Shown: in pieces, positions 1 through 8,794 of the stretch
How the letters are laid out: the number at the start of each line of letters is the position of its first letter
Position numbering within the stretch: position 1 is the stretch's first letter
Program-made: the position numbers and the translations under genes
The notes under the pieces: model-generated
What the model was told of the DNA's origin: nothing
The model's input: the letters and a program-made list of their open reading frames with translations, nothing else
Database searches by the model: none
NCBI RefSeq assembly: GCF_055395405.1
Contig: NZ_AP038243.1
Reading direction: 5' to 3' (one strand)
Length of the DNA stretch: 24,000 nucleotides

Positions 1-218
1 TTGTTCTTTGTGGCTGTTTCATATAGTGCATAGTTAAAGTTACGTAGGTTATATAAAAAGCCATTTATCGAAAAGATTATATCCGGGTTTTTATCACGTA
101 GTTTTCCGTAAACTGCTGACGGCGTGTCTCCAGATTTTACCCATGCTGTAATGAGTTCACTTTCTCTAAGGATCAGACGATAGATTTCAGATTTCTCGTG
201 TGTGGTATTAAAACTCAT
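1..218 (-). CDS. Hypothetical protein, partial: open reading frame runs off the left edge of the window
   Basis: Manual reverse-strand translation from ATG at 218: MSFNTTHEKSEIYRLILRESELITAWVKSGDTPSAVYGKLRDKNPDIIFSINGFLYNLRNFNYALYETATKN..., no stop before position 1; weak purine-rich stretch upstream (ggaccgagag). Absent from the supplied ORF track, presumably because it is partial. Confidence 0.4.
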   Translation of the reverse strand, partial: MSFNTTHEKSEIYRLILRESELITAWVKSGDTPSAVYGKLRDKNPDIIFSINGFLYNLRNFNYALYETATKN

Positions 219-889
219 CTCTCGGTCCTTAACTTCTTTGTCAATGAGATAAAAAATCATATTTCTATAATTTAGTCAACACTCTGTGCTACATGCGATA
301 TGGATATACCAGCAATATGCAATGCGTGAGAAAATGATGTTTTTATTGCATCATCTATGATGAGTGAAAACAACTAAAGTTGAAAGCTACACAAAACTGG
401 CCCCATAGTTATCGGGACTGAATACCATAAACCATTCATAGTCAAGCGTGTATTCAACCATATCAGTTAAACCGGTTTGACTGGCCTGAAAGTATCTCCA
501 TATCCGTTGTGATAATTTTGTTCTCTTTAGTGTAGAACTTTAAAGTAATGTGTTGAGAAGCTCAACTATATTAATAAAAATAAGATAGATTGAACAATTA
601 TAAACAATGTTTCAACTATTTTTATTGCGCGTTACCCCATATGAGATAAGCTCAATCATTACGTTATCTTGTATCAGTAAGTTCTACGGTGAATCATGCT
701 GATATTTGCGGGTTAGGCACCGCATCATTCACAAGAACCGTCGTATGAGTTTGTCATTTTGCTGCATTGTGACCTAAACCAGTAGTTTTCTTGTATCGCT
801 GTTTCCGCCTGTAGTTATGTCGCTCTTATGCCTGCTTATTATATGATTCATTGCTTGAAGCTCTTCAGTTTCCTCAAACTCTTCATGCT

Positions 890-1391
890 TTAGGGACACA
901 CATCAGCAATATGCGTCAGTAATTTTTTATTAATGTCTTCAAACAGTTCACACTCTACATGGGTCAGCGGGCTCCAGATTTCTTTCAGGTGCAGACTTTG
1001 TGCAATATTGACGTTCTGAATAAAGGACAGACCATCTGATGTCAGACTGATTTTTTTAGCACGGCGATCCTCTCTGCTATCAGTTCTTTCTATATACCCT
1101 GCTTTTTCTAAAAAATCTGTAATGCGGGTAATGTTTGTTCTGGTAAACTGGAGTTCTCTGCTTATCTTTGAGGGCGAAAGACAATGATTATCTGCTGTGG
1201 ATAATATGGTAAGAACCATATATGTTGAATAATTTATTCCATATCCACTGAGTAAACTCGATATATTATCCTGTATTTTTTTTGTTTACGCGGATACAGA
1301 GTTGTATCAACAGATGCTCCTGGCAGGGGTATTTTGGATCGTTGTTTTGTTGATGTTTGATTATTTTTTCTAATGAGTCTGTGTTGTTCAT
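890..1391 (-). pseudogene. papX-like: MarR-family regulator of the PapX/SfaX/FocX type, interrupted by a +1 frameshift in an 8-nt homopolymer
   Basis: ORF 890-1219 gives MVLTILSTADNHCLSPSKISRELQFTRTNITRITDFLEKAGYIERTDSREDRRAKKISLTSDG..., a MarR winged-helix core. Upstream in another frame: MNNTDSLEKIIKHQQNNDPKYPCQEHLLIQLCIRVNKK, continuing after the A8 run (T8 on + strand, 1276-1283) as IQDNISSLLSGYGINYSTYMVL. Removing one A restores about 166 codons. Confidence 0.8.
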
Positions 1392-1589
1392 ATAATCATT
1401 TCCATTTGCTGAAATACTTTGCCTTTATACAAAAGTGCATCAGACATGCGGTAAGCATCTACTTTTCACAACAAGTTATGTCTGCCAGATATCTGTATGA
1501 ATGAGACAACCAGGCAGAAAGGAAGGATAACTTCATTCGCATAAAAAAACATAAATGTTTGTAGTGGTCAACAAAAAATGATCACGATT

Positions 1590-1883
<294 letters not shown>

Positions 1884-2020
1884 TGATCAACTGGTAAAGT
1901 ACTTCACCGTTGAGCTTCCCGTGGTTGATTTTACGTAAGCGACCCGTCAGAGACGTCTTCAGGCAGTCGAGTGAAAACGCTAACTTAGACGCCCATCTGA
2001 AACAGACGGACATCTAAGTT

Positions 2021-2431
2021 ATGGAATCTGAAACCCGGGCCTGGCGGACCGAACCCCGCCGCGTTTATTCCAGCGAATTCAAACTCAGGCTGGTCGAACT
2101 GGCTACCCGACCGGACGCCAATGTTGCGGATATTGCCCGTACGCACGGGGTCAACGATAACGTCCTTTTTAAATGGATCCGTCTGTGGCGTAAAGAAGGC
2201 CGGGTATTCCGCCGGCTGCCAGCTCCCGTTCCATCTGTATCCCCTCCTGCGGCATTTCCGGTCGAAATTGTACCTGACTCCACCACCCGGCAGTCTCCGG
2301 CTCTGTCTGGTCAGGGAACGGGGTCAACCTGCTCGCTGACGCTTCGCCACGGCACCCTCACACTCGACAATCCTGACCCGGAGATACAGCTCCGGATCGT
2401 CCGCGAACTCGCCGGCAGGAGCACAGTATGA
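2021..2431 (+). CDS. tnpA: IS66-family accessory protein TnpA
   Basis: 136 aa: VYSSEFKLRLVELATRPDANVADIARTHGVNDNVLFKWIRLWRKEG, the IS66 OrfA helix-turn-helix; overlaps tnpB start by ATGA. Confidence 0.88.
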   Translation: MESETRAWRTEPRRVYSSEFKLRLVELATRPDANVADIARTHGVNDNVLFKWIRLWRKEGRVFRRLPAPVPSVSPPAAFPVEIVPDSTTRQSPALSGQGTGSTCSLTLRHGTLTLDNPDPEIQLRIVRELAGRSTV

Positions 2432-2775
2432 TTACGCTTCCGGCTGGCAGCCGTATCTGGCTCGTGGCCGGCATCACCGACATGAGAAACGGCTTCAACG
2501 GTCTGGCCGCAAAGGTCCAGAACACCCTGAAGGATGACCCGATCTCCGGCCATCTCTTCATCTTCCGGGGACGCAGGGGCAGGCTGGTAAAACTCCTGTG
2601 GGCAGACAGCGGAGGGCTCTGCATCTATATGAAAAGACTTGAACGGGGAACGTTCATCTGGCCGGTCGCCCGGGAGGGAAAGGTGTATCTGACCCCGGCA
2701 CAGCTTGCCATGCTGCTGGAGGGTATAGTCTGGATGCAACCGGGAAGGTCGAAAAGTAATAGTCTGCGGATCTGA
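2428..2775 (+). CDS. tnpB: IS66-family TnpB (IS66 Orf2-like)
   Basis: 115 aa: IWLVAGITDMRNGFNGLAAKVQNTLKDDPISGHLFIFRGRRGRLVKLLWADSGGLCIYMKRLERG, diagnostic IS66 OrfB motif. Confidence 0.92.
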   Translation: MITLPAGSRIWLVAGITDMRNGFNGLAAKVQNTLKDDPISGHLFIFRGRRGRLVKLLWADSGGLCIYMKRLERGTFIWPVAREGKVYLTPAQLAMLLEGIVWMQPGRSKSNSLRI

Positions 2776-2794
2776 ATCCCTTTACCTGGGCAGG

Positions 2795-4446
2795 ATGAAA
2801 AATATCCCGCTTCCTGATAATATCGACCAGCTGAAAGCCCTGTTGCGTCAGCAGCAGGTTGCTGTGTAACAGCTAAATGTTACCATGAAAAAGCAGCAGG
2901 CCCGGCTGCGCCAGTACGCCGGACAGGTTGCCGACTACGAACAGGAAATCGAACGGCTGAAGGCACAGCTTGATAAGTTGATAAGCTGCGGCGGATGCTG
3001 TTCGGGCAGAGTTCAGAGAAAAGCCGCAATAAACTGGAAAATAAAATCCGCCAGGCAGAGAAGCGGCTGGCTGAGCTGGAAAACCGTCTTGCAGCGGCAA
3101 AACGCTGTCTGCAGGACGATGAGCCCACTGTCAGTACGGTTGAGCAGGCAGAGCCCCCGGTGGCGGTCGCCCCACAGGACCGGCCTGCACGCCGCTCCCG
3201 TCGTCAGAAACTGCCGGCAGACCTGCCACGTGAAACCCGGCGCATCACCCCGACAGTGACTGTCTGCCCGAAATGCGGCGGCGACCTGAAGGTGATGAGT
3301 GAAACCGTCTCAGAGCAACTGGAGATAATCCGCAGCGCCTTTAAGGTCATCGAAACGGTGCGCCCGAAGCTGGCCTGCAGCCGCTGCGATGTGATAGTCC
3401 AGGCCCCACTCCTCCCGAAACCTCTGACCCGCAGTGTGGCCGGTGCGGGCCTGCTGGCCCGCATCCTGGTGAGTAAATACTGTGACCATACCCCGCTGCA
3501 TCGTCAGTCCGTCATCTTCAGCCGCCAGGGTGTGGAACTGAGCCGAAACACGCTGGTCCGGTGGGTGGCGATGACCGCAGAACGACTCAGTCCCCTGCAC
3601 GATGCGCTGAACCGCTACGTGATGGAGAGCAGCAAACAGCACACGGACGATACCCCGGTGAAAGTGCTGGAGCCGGGGAGCGGTAAAACCCGGACGGGCC
3701 GGCTGTGGGTGTATGTTCGTGATGACCGCAATGCCGGGTCAGCGTTGGCACCTGCAGTGTGGTTCGCTTACAGCCCGGACAGAAAAGGCATCCATCCGCA
3801 GACTCATCTTGCTTGCTTCAGCGGTGTGCTGCAAGCGGATGCGTACGCCGGGTTCAACGAGCTGTATCGCAATGGTGGGATAACGGAAGCTGCCTGCTGG
3901 GCTCATGCCCGCCGAAAGATCCACGATGTGCACGTCCGCATCCCGTCAGCACTGACGGAAGAAGCCCTGGAGCAGATCGGTCAGTTGTACGCCATAGAGG
4001 CGGATATAAGGGGAATGCCGGCAGAGCAGCGGCTTGCTGAACGTCAGCGAAAAACGAAACCGCTGTTGAAATCCCTGGAAAGCTGGTTGCGTGAAAAGAT
4101 GAAGACCCTGTCGCGACACTCAGAGTTGGCGAAGGCGTTCGCGTACGCACTTAACCAGTGGCCGGCACTGACGTACTATGCGAACGATGGCTGGGTGGAA
4201 ATCGACAACAACATCGCTGAAAATGCCCTGCGGGCGGTAAGTCTGGGTCGTAAAAACTTCCTGTTCTTCGGCTCTGGCCATGGTGGTGAGCGGGGAGCGC
4301 TACTGTACAGCCTGATAGGGACGTGCAAACTGAATGACGTGGATCCAGAAAGCTACCTTCGCCATGTGCTTGGCGTCATAGCAGACTGGCCGGTCAACCG
4401 GGTCAGCGAACTGCTTCCGTGGCGCATAGCACTGCCAGCTGAATAA
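2795..4446 (+). pseudogene. tnpC: IS66-family transposase TnpC, N-terminus disrupted by an in-frame stop and a frameshift
   Basis: ORF 2995-4446 (483 aa) carries most of TnpC ([14 protein letters not shown]..., [33 protein letters not shown]). The N-terminal part starts at 2795 (MKNIPLPDNIDQLKALLRQQQVAV), hits TAA at 2867, resumes as [37 protein letters not shown], then shifts frame at a tandem 8-bp duplication (ttgataag x2, 2970-2985). Confidence 0.82.
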
Positions 4447-4484
4447 CACATCCCCGTCAATACGGCCCTCGCTGTACGCTTACA

Positions 4485-4625
4485 ATGAGTCTTCTGGAAA
4501 CAGCAAAGCGTAATGGTCTGGAGCCACATGCCTGGCTGACGGACGTACTGACGCGCCTGCCGGAGTGGCCTGAGGACCGACTGGCTGAGCTGCTGCCTCT
4601 TGAGGGATTTACCTTCTCCGGGTGA
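4485..4625 (+). pseudogene. C-terminal fragment of a second IS66-family TnpC
   Basis: MSLLETAKRNGLEPHAWLTDVLTRLPEWPEDRLAELLPLEGFTFSG*, resembling the IS66 C-terminal domain, although the upstream tnpC already has its own complete C-terminus ([37 protein letters not shown]). Confidence 0.75.
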
Positions 4626-4736
4626 CACAACACCTGCCGTCAGGTCTTTGCACACCGGGCCATGGCCTGCTGTCGGGCGTTGAGCGCCTGACAGCGGGTT
4701 ATTGAGAAAGTCAGTCACCATGCGCCTGGCTGACAG

Positions 4737-4964
4737 TCAGGACCTGCACGTCAGCGCCTCCCTTACCCTGGTCAGGACTTCACTGCCTGCCACAAACTCC
4801 CGTGTCAGTACTTCGCGGCCTGACGCGCTCACCCTACTCAGTCCTTCAGAGCCCGCCTCCGGTACCTGGCAAGGCAGACGCCGGGGCGCAATAAAATAAA
4901 TCAACCATCGCAGGGCGGCGATCATTCGCAACAACCGCTGATGACGAGCCCAGAAACGTGTCAA
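4737..4964 (-). CDS. Hypothetical protein, low support
   Basis: 75 aa ORF ending SGREVLTREFVAGSEVLTRVREALTCRS, in an IS-rich junction next to the broken sitB end. Confidence 0.15.
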   Translation of the reverse strand: MTRFWARHQRLLRMIAALRWLIYFIAPRRLPCQVPEAGSEGLSRVSASGREVLTREFVAGSEVLTRVREALTCRS

Positions 4965-4973
4965 GACGATTTC

Positions 4974-5108
4974 ACCGGAACCGTTTACCCCAAGCAGAGC
5001 GGCAATAGATCCGCCTGGTACTGTGAAGGATGCATCGCGCAGTGCTTTCTGCCCGTTTCGCTAGGTGACAGTAACGCCATTAACGACAATACCCGCAGAT
5101 TGCATCAT
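4974..5108 (-). pseudogene. sitB: sitB remnant (ABC transporter ATPase of the Sit Mn/Fe system): in-frame TAG and truncation in the Walker A region
   Basis: Reverse translation from ATG at 5108: MMQSAGIVVNGVTVT*RNGQKALRDASFTVPGGSIAALLGVNGSG, then homology ends. TAG at 5063-5061; the start overlaps the sitA stop (TAATG). Confidence 0.85.
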
Positions 5109-6022
5109 TACTTCTCCCTTTTCCCGGCTTTAATTCCCTGCACCAGCGTACTGGTAGTAACCTTCAGAAGGTCGATATACGTAGGTACCGGGCCGTTTTC
5201 TGTGCTCAGGGAATCGACATAGAGCACACCGCCGTAGTGTGCGCCGGTTTCACGCGCAACCTGACGCGCTGGTTTATCGGAAACCGTACTCTCACTAAAT
5301 ACCGCTGGGATATTATTTTTCTTCACTATATCAACCACTTTACGTACCTGCTGGGGTGTTCCTTGTTGATCGGCATTTATCGGCCACAGATAAAGCTCTT
5401 TTAGCCCCAAATCGCGTGCGAGATAAGAAAAAGCCCCTTCACTGGTGACCATCCATCTTTTATTCTCAGGGAGTTCAGCAATCTGCTTACGCAGGGGGGC
5501 AAGGGTTTGGGTAATCTTGGCTTTATAAGTATCGGCATTACGTTGGTATGTTTTTGCATTTGCCGGATCGTATTTTATCAACGCATCACGAATATTATCG
5601 ACGTAAATCAAAGCATTATCTGGCGACATCCAGGCATGAGGGTTAGGTTTTCCCTCGTAGGGGCCTTCGGTGATCCCTACTGGCGTCACACCCGAAGAGA
5701 CAATCACTTCTGGAACCCCACTGAGATGCTGGTAAAAGCGCTGGAACCACAATTCCAGATTCATACCGTTGGCGAGAATCAGTTGTGCCCCCTGCGCACG
5801 TTTAATATCGCCAGGGGTAGGCTGATACTCATGAATTTCTGCACCGGGCCTAGTTATGGATGAGACTTCTGCAGCATCTCCAGCCACGTTTTTGGCCATA
5901 TCTGCGATGATGGTAAATGTTGTAATGACCTTGAATTTTTCAGTTGCACTCGCCTGAAATGCTATCGAGCAGGTGAGGGCGAGGCACCCCAGGAGCATGG
6001 TTACTTTTTTTATTGAGTGCAT
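5108..6022 (-). CDS. sitA: Periplasmic Mn/Fe-binding protein SitA (ZnuA-like cluster A-1 SBP)
   Basis: 304 aa with signal peptide; TTFTIIADMAKNVAGDAAEVSSITRPGAEIHEYQPTPGDIKRAQGAQLILANGMNLELW...PHAWMSPDNALIYVDNI, characteristic of SitA. Confidence 0.95.
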   Translation of the reverse strand: MHSIKKVTMLLGCLALTCSIAFQASATEKFKVITTFTIIADMAKNVAGDAAEVSSITRPGAEIHEYQPTPGDIKRAQGAQLILANGMNLELWFQRFYQHLSGVPEVIVSSGVTPVGITEGPYEGKPNPHAWMSPDNALIYVDNIRDALIKYDPANAKTYQRNADTYKAKITQTLAPLRKQIAELPENKRWMVTSEGAFSYLARDLGLKELYLWPINADQQGTPQQVRKVVDIVKKNNIPAVFSESTVSDKPARQVARETGAHYGGVLYVDSLSTENGPVPTYIDLLKVTTSTLVQGIKAGKREK

Positions 6023-6055
6023 AATTCAGTACCTATAGTGAGTAAAATTAGAACA

Positions 6056-6075
6056 AACATAGCAACGGCTATGTT
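6056..6075. promoter_or_regulatory. MntR-box-like operator upstream of sitA
   Basis: aacatagcaacggctatgtt, near-perfect interrupted palindrome resembling the MntR site of mntH-type promoters (recalled as AACATAGCAAAGGCTATGTT). Confidence 0.75.
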
Positions 6076-6098
6076 TTATAGCATAAGCTATACACAAT

Positions 6099-6117
6099 GC
6101 AAATGATTATCATTAGT
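6099..6117. promoter_or_regulatory. Fur-box-like operator upstream of sitA
   Basis: gcaaatgattatcattagt matches GATAATGATAATCATTATC at 14 of 19 positions by hand alignment. Confidence 0.72.
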
Positions 6118-6205
6118 AATTCAGACCCCAACACAGGCATTAGGTTGTTTCCTGCTGGCGATGTGGTATTGAGGAAAAGCGTAGGACAGATATCAGGCTT
6201 TGAAA

Positions 6206-6615
6206 GTAAGTGTTAAGTTAAGCGAACGCCGTATTGACGCTTACCCCAATGGGAGCACCATATTCCATGGCAGGAGTTCATCAACCATGCAGGAAGGCCA
6301 TTCCGGTAGAACGTTCAGGATATGGCGCAGATACGCTTCCGGATCGATACCGTTCAACCGACAGGTTCCGATTAGTCCGTACAGCAGGGTACCACGCATT
6401 CCCCCCAGGTCAGTTCACGAATTAACACAGTGAGCAGTTCTGGTGAAGAATTTTCCAGCGTCATTTTACCGTGACGGAACGAGATCTTTCAGGCACCTGC
6501 ACTGACAGTGCTGTGTGAAGGAGTGGATAAAAGTGGAGTAAGAGCCACCATCGGTTCTTTCTGCTCATCCGGAGTGAGCTCTACAGGTAATAATTCAACG
6601 CCAGCGCCAGTAAAG
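6206..6615 (-). mobile_element. Internally deleted IS66-family remnant: TnpA C-terminal region joined to TnpC C-terminal region
   Basis: Reverse strand: VELLPVELTPDEQKEPMVALTPLLSTPSHSTVSAGA*KISFRHGKMTLENSSPELLTVLIREL (OrfA-like), then GGMRGTLLYGLIGTCRLNGIDPEAYLRHILNVLPEWPSCMVDELLPWNMVLPLG* (TnpC-like, stop at 6243-6241). Followed by ccgtattgacg-type end sequence and a gtaag terminus at 6206. Confidence 0.75.
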
Positions 6616-6999
6616 GATAGTTAATTTTCATATCTTATCCACCTCCCGGATTATTATGCGATGTTAATTAAAGTGGTGAAAGAATGACAGTAATCACAGA
6701 AAATAAAAATAACAGACAAAAGACTTTTACTTATTTGATCGTAATATTATCTTAATTGTTCTGGTATTTTTTAGTGTTTTTTTGAAATGTCTGTTACGTG
6801 AGAAATTTTTTAAATAACAGCAGGAAATGACGCATACAGGTTGTGTGACTGAGTGGATTCTGTGTTGGTATAAAAAGCGAACGTTTACAGTTTTGTCAAA
6901 TTTTTTGATTATGAATGTCAGAAATATCTGGTCAATTGATGGTGTCGACTCAACGATAATAGTTTCTTCATTATCTGTTATCGTTTAACGAGGTTTTTT

Positions 7000-7434
7000 A
7001 TGCCAGCAAGAATAAATATGTTCTTTACCAGACTGACAGACTACCCGGATACAGGTCTTCTGTTGCTGAGACTGACATTTGGTATATTGATGCTGTTCCA
7101 TGGTGTGGCCAAAATAGAGCACGGTGTCAACTGGATTATATCAATGTTGCAGGATGCTGGTTTGCCAGGATTTATTGCCTATGGTGTGTATATTGGTGAA
7201 ATCGTGGCTCCGGTACTTATCATTCTTGGGATATTTACCAGACCTGCTGCTCTGATTTATGCGCTGACACTGATTGTTGCCACGCTTCTGGTCGGAACAG
7301 GGAAGTTTTTCACACTGACTGAAGTAGGGGCGTGGGGGCTTGAAAATGAAATGCTGTATTTCATGGGGGGGATTGCCATTATGTTACTTGGTCCGGGGCA
7401 GTATTCTGTATTAACCAGGACATCACTGAGATAA
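7000..7434 (+). CDS. DoxX-family integral membrane protein
   Basis: 144 aa: GLLLLRLTFGILMLFHGVAKIEHG...GFIAYGVYIGEIVAPVLIILGIFTRPAALIYALTLIVATLLVG, DoxX-like membrane segments; ATG preceded by an acgaggtt region. Confidence 0.82.
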   Translation: MPARINMFFTRLTDYPDTGLLLLRLTFGILMLFHGVAKIEHGVNWIISMLQDAGLPGFIAYGVYIGEIVAPVLIILGIFTRPAALIYALTLIVATLLVGTGKFFTLTEVGAWGLENEMLYFMGGIAIMLLGPGQYSVLTRTSLR

Positions 7435-7558
7435 AGGTTTCCATCTGATTACAGACAGTGTCCTCCGGGGAGTTATAACAAAAAGTGCGCGATCCCGGCA
7501 ATGAAGGCAAACACGTCATGACAGCAACGCAAAATAAACCAGGAACGCGCAGTATTTT

Positions 7559-7852
7559 TTATCCCGAATGAAAGCGATTGTCCATATCCGGTAATAAATA
7601 TTCAGCAGTATGTAAAGTGCGGTTTGCCCGGTTCTGGTGGAGGGGCTCCAGATAGACATCATCAACAAACACACACGGGAAGTTATCCACCGGGCAGCCT
7701 GCACGGTCAGCCATATCCCGCAGCGTCACACTGTGCTTCGCGACATCAATAAACACAACATCCGGTTCCATTTCATCGGGGATTCGCGTTGCGTGATGCA
7801 TGATGCGATGGACTGAAGGGCAGTGCCGGTAACCAAAAACACGTATACGCAT
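7559..7852 (-). CDS. Small thioredoxin/glutaredoxin-fold-like protein, hypothetical
   Basis: 97 aa: MRIRVFGYRHCPSVHRIMHHATRIPDEMEPDVVFIDVAKHSVTLRDMADRAGCPVDNFPCVFVDDVYLEPL; N-terminal strand + HCPS and FPxxFVDD resembling a Trx-fold cis-Pro region. Confidence 0.5.
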   Translation of the reverse strand: MRIRVFGYRHCPSVHRIMHHATRIPDEMEPDVVFIDVAKHSVTLRDMADRAGCPVDNFPCVFVDDVYLEPLHQNRANRTLHTAEYLLPDMDNRFHSG

Positions 7853-8175
7853 GATGTACCTCCTGGTTGCAGGGTGACTGTATCATCAGACCTTATCATG
7901 CGTTTAAAAAATGTCCGGCAACTCACACTTTTCGGTAAGGAGGTGGCTATTACTGCAAATGATGATGTCTCGGTTTTTATTTTTTATTCAATATTTTCAT
8001 CCTGTTATTGTTATTATGTTTGTCCATACCCTGTGTGGTTCCCCGTTCTTTACATTCAGGCACTTCCGTTTCCTTTAACGTTTTCGTTACTCTCTGAAGC
8101 TTGTGGTATCTGTGATGGCTGATTCCTGCCGTCATACTGCGAAATTCCGGATATCAGACCGTGGAGGATTCTGCC

Positions 8176-8748
8176 ATGCAACGCTGGTTTCTGCCTTTTC
8201 TTTCGACTCTGTTGCTGTTACAGGGTTGTGTTGCCGCTGCGCTGGTCGGTACGGCTGCTGTGGGTACTAAAGTGTCAGTGGACCCCCGAAGTGCGGGAAC
8301 GCAGATTGATGATGAAATTCTGGAAGCAAGGGTCAGCCGTGCGCTGTCGAAGGACTCACAACTCAGGGGGGATGCGCGAATCATCGTCACAGCATACCAG
8401 GGCACTGTACTGCTGACAGGGCAGGCACCAGACCGTAGTGCAGGTGAAAAAGCCCGTCAGATTGCAGATGGTGTTGAGGGGACTGTGCAGGTATGGAATG
8501 AAATAAGGACGGGAAAACCACTTCGGGCTGATAAAACAGCTACTGATGCGTGGCTGACCACAAAAATCCGGGCACAGTTACTGAAGAGCAGCAGGGTGAA
8601 ACTGTCAGATGTAAAGGTACTGACGGAGAATGGTGAAGTCTTTCTTATGGGGAGAGTTACAGAGAAGGAAGGACAGGCTGCTGCTGATATCGCCAGTCGC
8701 GTGGCGGGGGTGAAACACGTCATCACCGCATTCAGTTATATACGATGA
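8176..8748 (+). CDS. BON-domain lipoprotein related to DolP/OsmY-type proteins
   Basis: Start chosen at ATG 8176 (ORF extends to GTG 8161): MQRWFLPFLSTLLLLQGC lipobox; two BON-like repeats (DDEILEARVSRALSKDSQLRGDARIIVTAYQGTVLLTGQAPD; DAWLTTKIRAQLLKSSRVKLSDVKVLTENGEVFLMGRV). Confidence 0.85.
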   Translation: MQRWFLPFLSTLLLLQGCVAAALVGTAAVGTKVSVDPRSAGTQIDDEILEARVSRALSKDSQLRGDARIIVTAYQGTVLLTGQAPDRSAGEKARQIADGVEGTVQVWNEIRTGKPLRADKTATDAWLTTKIRAQLLKSSRVKLSDVKVLTENGEVFLMGRVTEKEGQAAADIASRVAGVKHVITAFSYIR

Positions 8749-8794
8749 GTATGGAGAGCCTGTTCGTTCGGGCTCTGTATTCAACTTCACCCGT

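Larger units (their letters stand above)
1935..4483 (+). mobile_element. IS66-family insertion sequence (about 2.55 kb), boundaries tentative
   Basis: tnpA-tnpB-tnpC order. GTAAGCG at 1935-1941 and its complement CGCTTAC at 4477-4483 match IS66-type termini. Flanking 8-mers (gattttac / aatgagtc) do not form a target duplication, so the ends may belong to a rearranged context. Confidence 0.7.

Noticed and set aside
2311-2739. 142-aa - strand ORF over tnpA/tnpB of the IS66 element, and 3204-3464, 3310-3642, 3739-3933, 3854-4150 likewise
   Set aside because: GC-rich antisense shadow ORFs of well-supported transposase genes.
5507-5863. 118-aa + strand ORF inside sitA
   Set aside because: Antisense shadow of sitA; composition without recognisable domains.
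6200-6433. 77-aa + strand ORF (and 6234-6425)
   Set aside because: The opposite strand encodes recognisable IS66 TnpC sequence; these are antisense by-products.
7516-8122. ORFs 7516-7704, 7726-7926 and 7823-8122
   Set aside because: Overlap the better-supported 7559-7852 ORF or have low-complexity hydrophobic content and no clear start context.
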